From Octopus bimaculoides (lineage: Eukaryota), in contig NC_068993.1 of NCBI RefSeq assembly GCF_001194135.2, positions 13,411,827-13,475,316 of the forward strand: a stretch of DNA of 63,490 nt, in the 5' to 3' direction. A program made the translations under genes and the position numbers. The notes under the pieces are model-generated. The model made no database searches. It worked only from the letters and a program-made list of their open reading frames with translations, and was not told the origin of the DNA. Of the stretch, positions 27,574-41,315 are shown in pieces (position 1 is the first letter of the stretch; every line of letters starts with the position of its first letter).

Positions 27574-27775
27574 TACCGTATTGATAGCATAAAAGACATA
27601 CGGGCATATTTAACACACCCCTATTTCAGCAGCGCATATTCATAAAGAAAATGTATCAAGGACAGAGTTATCTTATGGGGGACCCAACATCGTATATAAG
27701 ACACAGTTGCATTTTCATAAATTTTCTGAAAAAAAAATTTTGCGTCTTAATTGCTGCAATTGTTATAGTATTCTA
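27574..27775. mobile_element. Possible decayed Tc1/pogo-like MITE
   Basis: Left taccgtatt..cataaaagac and right gcgtcttaa.. resemble TACCGTATT...ATAAGACGC-type TIRs. Very degenerate. Confidence 0.2.
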
Positions 27776-28428
27776 CTCGGATAAATTCAATCGCTCCTGT
27801 AACAAAGAAAAGTTAAGTCTTCATTGTTAAAAGTAACCAAACGTTTATGTTGAGAGTGGTCATTTGTCTCATTTAAGAGACTTAGAGCAGAGAGCGGATT
27901 TGGTAAATTGTTGCGAAATAGAGAAAGAGGAAATGTTCTCTTTGCTGAAATAACTGTGTAATGTTTCATATATATGTGTCACATATATATTTTTTGCGGT
28001 ATTTCGTCCTGCAAAATCCATTTAAAGACGTGGTGTGTTAAAAACCGAACTCTACCGCAAACCCAGTCGAAACTAATCCCTCTTAAGGTAAAGAAGCGCT
28101 GCAGATAACAATATTTAGCTCTTATTTAAGCTCACCCGATTTGCTCTCGAGACGAATTCAAATTCTTAGTCCGAAGTATATCCTCGCAGTATAAAATCTA
28201 TCTGCTGACGTGGACCACGCTAGTAAAACCAAAATCAAATTTGGGTTACAAGCAGCTCTGTAATGTAAGCAGTGTCGATGTCACTTACTTAAGGAATGTA
28301 CGATGTTAAACGCATTGAGGCTGCAAGATTTCATCCAGAGAAAGTCACTTGAAAGACGTATACTATGCAAAAAAAATACGGTTCATTTTAAAGTCAGACA
28401 AAATTAATCTCTCTGGAGGTGATCAAGA

Positions 28429-28475
28429 ACGACAGATGCCAATGTTTCGCTGCCATTTCAGCTCATCAGCGCCGT
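28429..28475 (-). ncRNA. Decayed type I hammerhead ribozyme motif
   Basis: Minus strand ACGGCG CUGAUGA GCUG-aaaugg-CAGC GAAA CAUUGGCA UC UGUCGU. Core CUGAUGA/GAAA/UC is intact, stem II is 4 bp, stem I is 6 bp (2 GU), and stem III is broken by two G>A changes. Confidence 0.6.
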
Positions 28476-28978
28476 ATACTCGTTTCGCCCTCGAGGCGAA
28501 TATGTATGTATGTATGTATTAAGCAAAGCATATATGTATGTACGTATAAGTATGTGCTCGCGCGCATTGTGATATACCTACATATACATATATTTGGATG
28601 CCGGTCTACCTGAATAAGCAAATTACTTTCACATCCCTTTACTTCATTTAACTAAGCAAGAACAATTAAAACATCGCAAGTTATTGTCACTGAAATAGAT
28701 AGGTGGTATTAGATAGTTTGAAAGAGGGGTGATAGCATGCTAATAGCATGGGCACTAGTAGTTGTGGTATTAGTAATAGTAATATCATTATTAGTTGTCT
28801 TCGTGCACTGAACATTATATACACTGGTAGGCAAATGTATAGAAAGTTTGAAAATGGTTGAGTGGTCATGTGGTTTATCGGCATAGTCGACGTCATCAAG
28901 CTTCAGTTTGTATCAATTGGATTTCGAAAGGAAAGAGGGAGAGTGCATACATACATACACATATTTATAATATATATA

Positions 28979-29026
<48 letters not shown>

Positions 29027-29051
29027 GACGTATGTATGTATTTATATGTAC

Positions 29052-29088
<37 letters not shown>

Positions 29089-31453
29089 AGAGAGAAACAG
29101 TTGATTCAATAGATGTATGGAAACACCTGAGATCTTACATATAACAATGAGACAAGATGAAAACGCATTGTTCCATGTTGTCGCCAATCGACTTGGTTGT
29201 ACTCATACGCGAATGATTATTTTAGGCCGGTGACAATTGCTGAAATGTTACTATTTGTGTTGTTATTGGTTGGTCTTATTTTTCTTTATTATTGTTGCTG
29301 GTGCCTGCTATTGTAGTTTTTCTTGTTTTTAGCTTGGCACACTAGACTCTTATTAGTGTCAGCTAAGCAGAATGAGAAAGTATATGATAGAAATAGGGAG
29401 GTAATTTGAGAGAAAGTGTGATAGACGTAAGTCAAGAAGAACAGAGAGAGATAGTGATAGAGAAAGAGTGAGAGTGAGAGAGAGATTTATAGGGATAGAG
29501 AGAGAGAAAGTTGTTGGAAATAATATCAAAATGTTTTGAAAATTTGAAGAGGAAGATCATGGTAGTTCCAATCTTTGGAAATGATATAGAAATGAGAAGA
29601 GAAGCATTATAGTACACGAGGAGAGGTAGAACGTTACATGAGAGAAGAGAGAAAAAGAGAACGATATATATATGAGCATACTTATATTCGCATATGAATT
29701 ATACATACATACATATAATATATACATATATGTATGTATGCATGTATGTATATATGTATTGAAAACACTGCGAGTGTATGTATATATAACGTGTGTGTTT
29801 ATATATACATGCACAATACAATTTTATGGCTTACCGTGATAATCTAAACATAATGGTTGTGGTGGTAGTGTGAGGAGTATTTGGACAATGAGGGATAATT
29901 AGAATAAAAGTCGTTCACTCAAGTCAGCTTGAACTTAATGGTATCGAATCCATTGGAATCGAACATAAGAAACACCGATATTATTAGTGCACTCAATGAA
30001 AGAACAATAGGAATACTGTCATCAAGTGTGTTCAGCCAACTTAGGCGGAATTCTCGCTACGTTTGGGAGGGTGTGTTTATCTTTGTTTTTTTTTATATTT
30101 TTGTAACACAGTTGTTTGTGGATAAAAGAGTTAGTGTGAGTAAAGAAATATTATAATGGATAAAACGATTGCGCTGCAATTGATCATACGCTTAGGACTA
30201 GGTGATTTTGCTTGTTTAAATCTTGAGATCAAATCAAACTAAAACCCTTCTGCGCCACTTTCAGTCAAAAAAAGGGGATTTCGTCCACCCGCCATTTTTT
30301 TTTTTTTGTACTGACCTATGTTTGCAACATCTGGCTTTTCAACCTCTTTATCTCAGTTGCTTCATCCCTTCCATGGATTATACTTGTTCATGTAACACTT
30401 CTTTGAAATCTGGGAAACTCACTGGACTTTTGTTGTGCATTTTCACTGAATTCTTTTACTTTTCTTCCCTCTACAGAACTTAAGCGTTTCTCACTCATTT
30501 TCAAATTTTATGGGAACTTTCCCTCTTTGCTAAAACTATTCCCCCCCCCCTTACGTACTTTACTCATACACATGCACACACATCGGTAACAACTGCACCC
30601 TTGCTCTGGCCTTACCATGTAGTTCATCAATGCGTTTATTCCTTCGCTGGCATAATCTCGTCACATATACACGTACAATCCATTCCACATTATGCCCGCT
30701 TCGAGACAATTACAATGATACTTGCATTTACTCATTCCTTCTTCGGTTTTTAACTTCCACAAATAGAACAGAATCTCTGGTTTCTACCTTCCACTTGCTT
30801 TTTTTCTCTATTTATCTTTGATCATTTGTGTCTTTTCTTACGATGTAAGTAACATCCGAAACGCTAACACTCTGCATTAAACCGTCCAATTTACATAATA
30901 TTTGACAAACTTTATTCTTCCTGTACTGTCTCTTGCGTATGTAACACATATTGTGATAGAGCCTGTTCACTTTTTTTCTGAAGTGCTACATCTTTGTGTG
31001 ATTTGGTCAAGAGTTTTGTAAACAACTTTCTTATGGTAGAATGTCATTATTTCAACTTCGAAGCAGTGAATAACTGAGATTGGAACTTCACGCTTCATTA
31101 ATCCTATTAGAAAGAACAGCTTTCATTCAGCCAGTCTTCTTATTTACAAGGTATACGTTGCCATTAATTTAAGGTGCACGTATAAACATTCCCTACGTCA
31201 TTATATATCTCTAATATACAACGTAAGATAGATGGTGTTTGATCTATGTACCTAAAAACCAAATAATAAACTAAATATACATAAAAAAAAAATATACGCA
31301 AATCAACACGCCTATGAACACAAGCATACATACAAGTGTGCATAACAAGAGGATGTGTGTCTAAGCATACCCACACTCAAACACACGGACATGCCCACCC
31401 ACACGCACATATGCATGTAGGTGCACAGATCCACCCAGGTATATATATATATA

Positions 31454-31808
31454 TATACATGTCTCTTAAAGGATAGAGCTCAAAATCAATGCATTGAAGA
31501 TATTATAATTGTTGCTGCAATAAAGTAACAGAAACAACCACAATAAGCCAAACCTATGCACATTTCAATAGGGTATCCCAGAAAAATAAACCACATCATA
31601 AGATGTCTCGTAAAATATTGTAACAAATTACAACATATTACAAATTTCTGGATACTCCATCTCATCAGGGTCGCATTATTGCCATCACCAATACTATTAT
31701 TAGCAAAACACAAACATCATCCAAGAGGGTGAAAGAATAATCGACGGCACGCAACCTACCATCTTCAATGCATTGATTTTGAGCTCTATCCTTTAAGAGA
31801 CATGTATA
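31454..31808. mobile_element. MITE-like or foldback element with perfect 44-bp inverted repeats in a (TA)n tract
   Basis: 31458-31501 catgtctcttaaaggatagagctcaaaatcaatgcattgaagat is the exact reverse complement of 31761-31804. 259-bp spacer, TA on both outer sides. Confidence 0.7.
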
Positions 31809-31902
31809 CATATATATATACAAAAACTCAACTGTGAGCTTTTGGCTAAGACTGTTAACAGATACTATATATTTTGTAAAATTTGTTTTATAAAAGTATA
31901 TA

Positions 31903-31974
<72 letters not shown>

Positions 31975-32760
31975 TTCTAGGTCATATATACACGTAGATA
32001 TAAATAATAATATAAATATACTTTCATGTATATATATGTGTGTGTGTGTATGTATGTATGCATACACACATACGTACACACACATTGGCATGTATACTTG
32101 TCTATGCGAAATAATCTAAATATATCTATTATCATATAAATATACACACACATATGCATATACTCTCGTGTGCTGGCTGAGATACCTAATTATGTATACA
32201 TACGTGTGTTACTCCGAAATGCTCGCAATCACGTGATTATTCGTGAGAGCGAGAGGAACAAGAAAAAGAGAGGGTGAGGGAAAGAGAGAGAGAGATGGGT
32301 GTTGAGAACATGCGTGCGTAAGCCTTTATCTGTGTATATTTGCGTATGTGAGTATAATACGTTAAAAACTGAAGAGAAGGAAACACACCGTTACAGCAGG
32401 TGCATAAACAATAATACGTCTTAATGAATACAAAATAAACTTGAAAACGTCCCTGCAGATATAATGGAAAATTTGGGTGAAGCAAGACAAATAGAACTGT
32501 CAGACGTCCATGGAAGTTTTCTTTAAGGAACATCCTGTCATTACAACCAATTCACTGAGTGATATCTCCTGAAAAATCACCTGCACCACTCGCACGCTCT
32601 GCATATCACATGTCTTTCAATATGCATCCTTCTTTCTTTCTGGTCTGCCTTTCGAATTTTACTATCTCCTCTTGTTGATTATCACATTCCCCCCGACTCC
32701 CCACCTCTGTTCTTTAACTAAGTACGCATGCGAGAATGAAACTAAGAATCAACGATATAT

Positions 32761-32793
<33 letters not shown>

Positions 32794-33491
32794 CATACGA
32801 ATATGTATGTTTATGTATGTACACGTATGTTTGTGCGTATGTACACGTGTGTGTGTGTAACATGTATATAGTTACGCACATAAACACACATACAGATAGA
32901 TAGATAAACAGTGAAAGATATAGATAGATAGATAAACAGAGAAAGGTATATAGATAGATAGATAGATAGACAGATAATGGATGGATAGATCGATAGATAA
33001 TGGATAGATAGATAGACGAATGGATTCGTGCATGCATTTGCACACGGTTAATTCCATGTTCATGTCGCACGCTATTAACAAACCCATATAAATGCATGTA
33101 TTTTGTTTTTCTTTTGAAAGTTACTCTCTCTATTCACACCCGTATATTCACTAACATAAATGCAAAGCACACGTATGTCCCCTAAACACATACACACTCG
33201 AGCGCGAGCATCCATGTCTATCTCGATTTAGAGAGCTTATTGTTAAAGCGCGAAGCAAGACAGTCAGATTGGTGTACACACACACATATATATAGCAGTG
33301 TTAAAATGTTTCTTAACTTAGTATTTTCTTCTTCTTATTATTATTATTATTTGTTATTACTGCTGCTGCTGTAGTTACTTATCTCAGCTTAGTTCTCACT
33401 CGTTCAGGAATGCAAACTTTTCTCTGACTAAAGCTTATTAAAGTTCTTTTTTCTTTTCATAACTTACTACTACTACTACTACAATAATAAT

Positions 33492-33759
33492 GGTTTCAAA
33501 TTTTGCCACAAAGGCAACAATTTCGGGAGAGAGGATAAGTCGATTACATCGACCCAAGTGTTCAACTGGTTCTTATTTTATCGACCACGAAGGATAAAAC
33601 GCAAAGCCGACCTCGGCAGAATTTAAATTCAGAACATGAAGCCGNNNNNNNNNNNNNNNNNNNNNNNNNNNNNNNNNNNNNNNNNNNNNNNNNNNNNNNN
33701 NNNNNNNNNNNNNNNNNNNNNNNNNNNNNNNNNNNNNNNNNNNNNNNNNNNNNNNNNNN

Positions 33760-33791
<32 letters not shown>

Positions 33792-34120
33792 TTCAAATTC
33801 TAAACCCAACACATTTGGGGTGGGTGCCTTGACTAGTCGATTAAAATGACCTTTATTTTATCGACCCTGAAAGGATGAATGGCGAAGTTTAAGATGGACG
33901 ACTATAGGAGAGACTTGTAATTCCCCTGGTTAAACATATTTTGTGAGATGTAATATCCCTGTTCATAGCGATATGTCTCCTAGCTTTGCGCTCTTAGTTC
34001 CAATTCAGTTGAGGTCGACTGTGTCTTTCATCTTTTTGGGCTCCATAAAATTACGTACCAGTTGCGCACTGGATATGATGGAATCGACTGGTTCTTCCCC
34101 AAATTTCAGGACTAGAATGT
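33492..34120. mobile_element. Family A SINE fragments: 33492-33644 (-), 33791-33890 (-), 34008-34120 (+)
   Basis: Central-domain and 3' blocks are recognisable. The first copy runs into an N gap. Confidence 0.8.
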
Positions 34121-34927
34121 TATTTCTAGCAAAAACAGTAGTAGAAATGTCATGAATATTTTGTTATTGCAAAAGTTATATAGTCTGTATACTCGCTACT
34201 TCTTAATATTTGATTTTCTTTTCGTCTGTTTGTTTGTTTTTTTTTTCATTGTGTTTTCTCCACAGTCGCCGATTTCATTTTCCTTTTCTAATTAATTATG
34301 TATTTTGTTTAGAGAAACATAATACCCACGAGGAATGTTCGCCATCAAAACCTTTATATTACACAAAAACTAAACCTACGTAGTACACTCAGCAATCCAT
34401 TATTTACATAGTCTAAAACATATATACATACAAATATACATACATATATCTATCAACATTTCTTTACCTTTTGTCTCACCCGTGTGTGTACGTGTGTGTG
34501 TCTGTGTCTCTGTGTGTGTACACTCATTATCCTTGTGCGTATATCTAAACAAAAACTAACATTGGTTCCCTATTCATATAATTGATTTAAAATTCGTTTA
34601 TCCCTCTATTCGTCTCCTTGTATCCTTTCATTTTTTTAATAACTAGTTCATGGTATTTGTACGTTTTGTATTATCACGTTGCCATTTTATATAAACTAAG
34701 TTGTGAATCCAGTTTACAGAAGATTTTTTTTTAATGTGCATGAAACTTAATATACCTTGTTGCTTGCTTCTTGTACACTTATTTTATATAGGGGAGCAAT
34801 ACTCTACGTACATACCTTTAATAGTGATTTTACTAAAAGGGTCCGTTACAGGATATAACAGTACGTTAAGCAATTGAACTTTTAACTAATACGATTACAA
34901 GCCTTACATTCATTTCAAATTTTCTCA

Positions 34928-35285
34928 GAAGGCCAGCAATGTCAGAGTACGTGGGTGTTAGTCGATTAAGTCACCCCCAGCGTTTAACTGGAACTTATCT
35001 TATCAATCCCGAATGACGGAATTTGAACTCAGAACGCAAACACGGACGAAATGCCGTAAAGCATTTCACCTGGTGTGCTAATGATTGTGCCGGCTCACCG
35101 CCTGCTTGTATTTCAATATTAGAACCATAATTACTTTTTGAGTTCAAATTCCACCTAGGTCGACTCTGCTTTTCATCCTTTCAGGTTCGATAAATTAAGT
35201 TCCAGTTCCGTACTGAGGTCGATATAAATGACTGGCCCTACCTCCCCCAACATTTCGGGCATTGTGCCTAGAGGAGAAAAGAATA
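34928..35285. mobile_element. Head-to-head family A SINE pair: 34928-35102 (-) and 35135-35285 (+)
   Basis: ggaatttgaactca (35018-35031) and tgagttcaaattcc (35139-35152) are exact reverse complements, and the central domains are also inverted. Confidence 0.85.
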
Positions 35286-35343
35286 CATAAGAACCATAAT
35301 TCAAGTGGCTTACAGAAGAATCTTAAAATATTACTCACATATA

Positions 35344-35503
35344 GGCGCAGCAGTGGCTGTGTGATACGTAGCTTGCTTACCAACCACTTGGTTCCGGGTT
35401 CAGTCCCACTGATTGGCATCTTGGGCAAGTGTCTTCTACTATAGCCTCGAGCCGACCAAAGCCTTGTGAGTGGATTTGGTAGACGGAAACTGAAAGAAGC
35501 CCG

Positions 35504-35579
<76 letters not shown>

Positions 35580-35793
35580 GTGCGTGTGTGCGTGTGTGTG
35601 TGTGGATATGTCTGTGTGTCTGTGTTTGTCACCCCCACCATCGCTTGACAACCGATGCTGGTGTGTTTACGTCCCCGTAACTTAGCGGTTCGGAAAAAAG
35701 TGACCGATAGAATAAGTACTAGGCTTCCAAAGAATAAGTCTTAGGGTCGAATTTCTCGACTAAAGGTGGTGCTTCAGCATGGCCGCAGTCAAA
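35344..35793 (+). mobile_element. Family B CORE-type SINE, near full length, 3' tip replaced
   Basis: ggcgcagcagtggctgtgtg A-box, ggttccgggttcagtccc B-box, cttgggcaagtgtcttctactatagcc, internal (TA)(TG) tract, ends at ggccgcagtcaaa. Confidence 0.95.
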
Positions 35794-36363
35794 ATTCTTC
35801 TAGGGTTTGGCATATTTTTCAAGAACGAATAATGAAAAGAAGAGGAAAAAGAAACTGCTTAAACTGGAGAGCTGTAATGTGTGTTTGTAAATGCATAGAT
35901 ACGTAGGTATGAGTATGTACGTACATAATGCACACACATATACGAGTATGAAAATATATATATATATATATAAACGAGTAAGAGATATATTGCTCCTATA
36001 AACGAATACTTACTTTTTAACATACAAGTAATGGCGAGTTTAATACAGAAAACTTATTTATTGTTATCTGAGAATTATTACATTCATAATCTGAGTTAAT
36101 ATTAGTTTGTCAACGTATTCTTCAGCGTATGTATGAGAATTCTATGCATCTTGAACACAGGTTTTGTTATGGGGCCAAGTTTTACTTTTGTGTATTTTGT
36201 CTCCATTTCAGAAGCTGATGTCTGTATTGTGATGATTTGTGTCTTGAGAGTATTCTGAATTTCTGACACACATACTCACACGCAATAATATATGTATATA
36301 TATATATATATACACACGCTCTCTATTACATTCGTGAATACACGCATATACACACATATATAT

Positions 36364-36396
<33 letters not shown>

Positions 36397-37080
36397 NNNN
36401 NNNNNNNNNNNNNNNNNNNNNNNNNNNNNNNNNNNNNNNNNNNNNNNNNNNNNNNNNNNNNNNNNNNNNNNNNNNNNNNNNNNNNNNNNNNNNNNNNNNN
36501 NNNNNNNNNNNNNNNNNNNNNNNNNNNNNNNNNNNNNNNNNNNNNNNNNNNNNNNNNNNNNNNNNNNNNNNNNNNNNNNNNNNNNNNNNNNNNNNNNNNN
36601 NNNNNNNNNNNNNNNNNNNNNNNNNNNNNNNNNNNNNNNNNNNNNNNNNNNNNNNNNNNNNNNNNNNNNNNNNNNNNNNNNNNNNNNNNNNNNNNNNNNN
36701 NNNNNNNNNNNNNNNNNNNNNNNNNNNNNNNNNNNNNNNNNNNNNNNNNNNNNNNNNNNNNNNNNNNNNNNNNNNNNNNNNNNNNNNNNNNNNNNNNNNN
36801 NNNNNNNNNNNNNNNNNNNNNNNNTGAGTTGAAAGAGAGTAGAATAATGAAGGCAACCTTCCAGAGATTCTTTGAAAAAACTCAAGGATGAAAAAATATC
36901 AAAAAATTTTTTCATGACCTTCTATGATTATAAGTAAAATTCTTCTAGGGTTTGGCATATTTTTCAAGAACGAATAATGTAAAGAAGACGAAAAAGAAAC
37001 TGCTTAAACTGGAGAGCTGTAATGTGTGTTTGTATGAGTATGTACGTACATAATGCACACACATATACGAGTATGAAAAA
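35791..37080 (+). repeat. ~150-165 bp direct duplication (35791-35955 and 36936-37080)
   Basis: aaaattcttctagggtttggcatatttttcaagaacgaataatg...catatacgagtatgaaaa occurs twice, with 2 substitutions and an ~18-bp indel. Confidence 0.95.
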
Positions 37081-37098
37081 AAAAATATATATATATAA

Positions 37099-37130
<32 letters not shown>

Positions 37131-37411
37131 GGTGTGTATTTGCCTGTGTGTATATGTATATATATAATTCTATTTGTGTATGTGTATATATATATACATG
37201 TATATATATATACACACACACGTATGTATTTGCGTGTGTATATGAAGAGAGAGAGAGAGAGATTTAGATGTATGCGAGTGTATGAATATATGGATATCTA
37301 TAATTTGTCAGCGTGCATCCGCACTCACACACCCATGCAATGTGTGTTTATACGCTTATTAATAATATACAAGATTTATATAATGATGAAGCAAAAAATA
37401 AGTAGAGAATG

Positions 37412-37488
<77 letters not shown>

Positions 37489-38104
37489 CTATGGATGTGT
37501 ATGCATATCTATATATAAGAGAGTGAGAGAGACAGAGGTGGGGTGAGAAAAGTAAGAGAGAGATCATATATAGATGTACATGGAAAGATGAGAAATGAGA
37601 ACTTGCTATGACCTTTATCGAATGCCTGTTGTTTTGTTGGGATACTTCGACATAAGATAAACGTAACTTGGCATCTTTAAAATTTTCCCCCCGATATTTG
37701 ACAGATCAAAAGAAACGTTTCACATGTGATGTGAATGATATTTCCATACGTTCATATTTTCAGATTCATCCACAAAGATATTCTGAACTATGAGTTGCAT
37801 ACGCTATATTACAAAAGGTTTATTACGTATGCCTTATTCTTGTTTCACGTTCGCTTACACTTTATGTGTATATTTTTTTCACACGTTTTCATATAACATA
37901 CGTTATTTATTACTCTCGTAAGCCTGAACGTTGTAAACAACATTATTCCAGCGTATGGTTACATGTTGTATATATGAATATGTTGACGTTGCCGCTCACA
38001 ATATCCAATATTATCTACGTAAGTATTATGCGATACGTATTATTTTAATACGCGTACTCGAAGTACGCTTACATCGATTCCATATGTAGTCTTAAAGTAC
38101 ATAT

Positions 38105-38300
38105 TGGTTTCAAATTTTGGCACAAGGCCCGAAATGTTGGGGGAGGTGGGTCAGTCGATTAGATCAACCTCAGTACGCAACAGGTACTTAATTTATCGGC
38201 CCCGAAAAGGTGAAAGGCAAAGTCGACCTCGGCGGAATTTGAACTCAGAACGTAAAGACAGACGAAAAACCGCTAAGCATTTCGCCAGCTCACCGTCTTT
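38105..38300 (-). mobile_element. Family A SINE
   Basis: Well-conserved central domain and B-box, with a short deletion in the head. Confidence 0.9.
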
Positions 38301-40122
38301 TTCCTGAAATGTATTGGCATAAGAATAAGCATACGCAGATATATCAAATATTACTAACACCAAATTAGTAATACACATATTTGTTTTGACTGAAACTAGT
38401 AACATCGATTTCTCGCTCACATATGAATGTATATAAATGATAATTTTTATTTTAGTATCTATAAAAATATATTAACGAATGAAAAACACTAGGAAGATAA
38501 ATTTTAACGAAATATTCATAAGCAAAAGAAATTTGTCATTTTACTTGATACAAAACCAATATATATATATATCGATATTTATATCCTAAAACCATTAATG
38601 TGCCAATAGAAACTACAGAAGATTCCTTTGTGTACTGTTGTTGTAAACTATTATTAGGGTAGAGCCCGTCCTTCCGCAAGCTTCACAATAGAGGAGTGAA
38701 TTCAGTTATTGCAAAATGAGGATACACGCACATCTTATGACAGAACTAGTTCCAACTACATCCTATCTCTTTATACGTACACGGAATGAGTTAATGGAGA
38801 ACTTTTTGGTCATAAACGCTTGAATGCAGTGGAGGTGATAAGACAAGTTATTCCTTTATTGCAGTTTATTCTAAGTTATCCTACGTTCTGCATTATCTTA
38901 TGTAGCCTCGAGCCTATTGTTAAGTGGATAATAACGTAAGTTAAATTACTTCCAGCATGAGCTTATGTACAGAAACAAAGTATATGCGATATCAGAGAAG
39001 ATATCCCTCCCAGCCACTCTCTCTCTCTTCACACTTATCTCGGCAAATGATAGGCATATACACACGAACGTACCTATGTTTGTTCATACATAGATGTACG
39101 TAGGAATGCACATATATACATAAAGGCGTACACACCTGCATACATATATACATATGTATATACATAATCCTTGGACTTCCATACAGTTTGTGAACTCTAA
39201 ATTCCACAAGAGAAGGCAGTTCTTAAAGTAGAGTTTTTGATGGAAAATACCAATCCAATGTGCCAAGCATTTTAATAAAACCCAAGAGAATGTGACAGTG
39301 ACGCAAACTTGTTAACCATGCAAGCATTCCATTTCTCTGCTAATTAAAAATCAAAACAAACAAAACTCTAATCAAATTAAAGCTAGCTTCCTGTACAGAA
39401 AATAATCTACATTTACACTACTGTCAAACAATGGAAGGTTAATGTTTTATCAATATACATATACACACACACTAAGTAGACAAGATGAGAGTCAGTGTGT
39501 GGAACAGTGAAATAACAAAGTACACGATATTTTAAAAAAATAAAAAAAAAGGTAAATATATTTACCTTATAACATCCCTACTCATCTGTGTTACAGGTTT
39601 TACGATTCAAATACATGCTAATGCTAAAACAAGCTTAATCCACTTACATTGCAACGAAGCAAATAATGCAAGTCCAAGATGCGCATCAAAATTAATTTCT
39701 TCAGCAAAGAATTTTTTGTCATTTTTTTTTTCTTTTTGCTTTCCTCTGTTCCGGTTCGTTTCTTATTCTTTTGTTTCATTTATTAGAGCGAAATAAAAAA
39801 AGGAGGTAGGAAACGTATAATAATAATGATAATAAATTATAAATAATAATGATAATAATAATAATAATATTAATGATGATGATGATAATAATAGCAACAA
39901 CGAGAAAATAATAAAAGCAGAACTAACAAGCCATTTATTCGGCTGTTTTAGGATCTGACGGACCCTGCTTCCTTTCCAAGTTCAAAACTATAATCCAGTT
40001 TAGTCATAACAGACAAACAGATAACATAGACGCCATGTTTTTATACATGTACCTATCAGATATGATGTAGATTCCACATACGCTGCACGCGCATACTCAC
40101 ATACATACACCTATACATACAA

Positions 40123-40171
<49 letters not shown>

Positions 40172-41253
40172 GGATGGATGGATTTTTAAACTTTGATTTT
40201 GGAGTTAGAAAGTCTTAGTTCAATTTTGTGCTGTTTAAACACCGAATAGAAATATGGATTAAGTTAAATCCTTCGGAGCATTTAGCTGGTCATTCTCATC
40301 TTTTGAACATGTCGTCTCCTTATCCCAAACATAATTTATTCATTATTGTTATAAGATATACAAGATATATTAAACTTTCGCTGATATATTCTGACTCATA
40401 CAGTCTGAGTTCTTGTCATCTAAATAACAACGTAACGTTGACCGCTTACTGAAAAGCATGTAAAATTATAAAATTAATAATAATACGAACAATATTGAGC
40501 TATCGGTCATGACCGAAAAACTTACTCATCGGATAATAATATGTCAGAGGAAAAACCCTTAATTAGAGTTGAGTCTTGACGAAGACTTAGTCATCGAATA
40601 CTGTGCCAAGACTAATTCCTTCTCAAACGTATAGATTATGGTCAGGAAACAAGATTGGGTAGTAGTGGTCTCATACGTATTAGCATGAGTTAAGAGAAAT
40701 GTCTTGAAACAGTCGAAATTTTGAAAGTTACTAGTAGAAACAAACTAACGTTTGAGGAAGGACGCTTAAAGTTTTTAACTAAATCACAAAGTAGGTAAGA
40801 TAACTTAAATAAGATCAGACGATAGAAATGAACTTGTACAGCTACTCATCTTGCTAAATGGTCATCACTCTACTACGGTTGCTATACACAAATGCAAGAG
40901 CATTTAACCTGATTGTTAACAGCATCCGTATATAATCACAATATAATCTTCATATCTTTGCAGATGGAATCGCAGGCGGCTAATAAGACTATATATTTCA
41001 ATCACGTGTGCGGTATCTTACTTAGAATTTCAAAAGCAGACAAAAATAACAAAAACAATTAAAAAAACACAAATAAAAAAGTAATAGCATCGCGTTTGCT
41101 GAAAACTGTCTTTAAATTTATTTGCGTCACGTTTTCATTTAATAATATAATATGATGAATTTAACTTTATGTTAGGTTTTATGTGTTTCCGGCAACCTTC
41201 TAGTATAATAACTACTGCAAGTCACTCGCTAATAGTTTCTCGTTTTAATGTAA

Positions 41254-41315
<62 letters not shown>

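Noticed and set aside
31631-31680. Minus-strand CUGAUGA...UGGA-gua-UCCA-GAAA inside the inverted-repeat element
   Set aside because: Two extra nt before stem II, no G-C closing pair and no stem I pairing. Likely coincidence.
36208-36915. Long ORFs spanning N runs (also 15196-15659, 33573-33812, 51310-51720, 58768-59365)
   Set aside because: Length comes from assembly gaps translated as X.
40570-40615. Hammerhead-like UGACGA-aGAC-uua-GUC..CGAAUA with agtcttg/caagact arms
   Set aside because: The core is broken at several invariant positions. Too degenerate to support.
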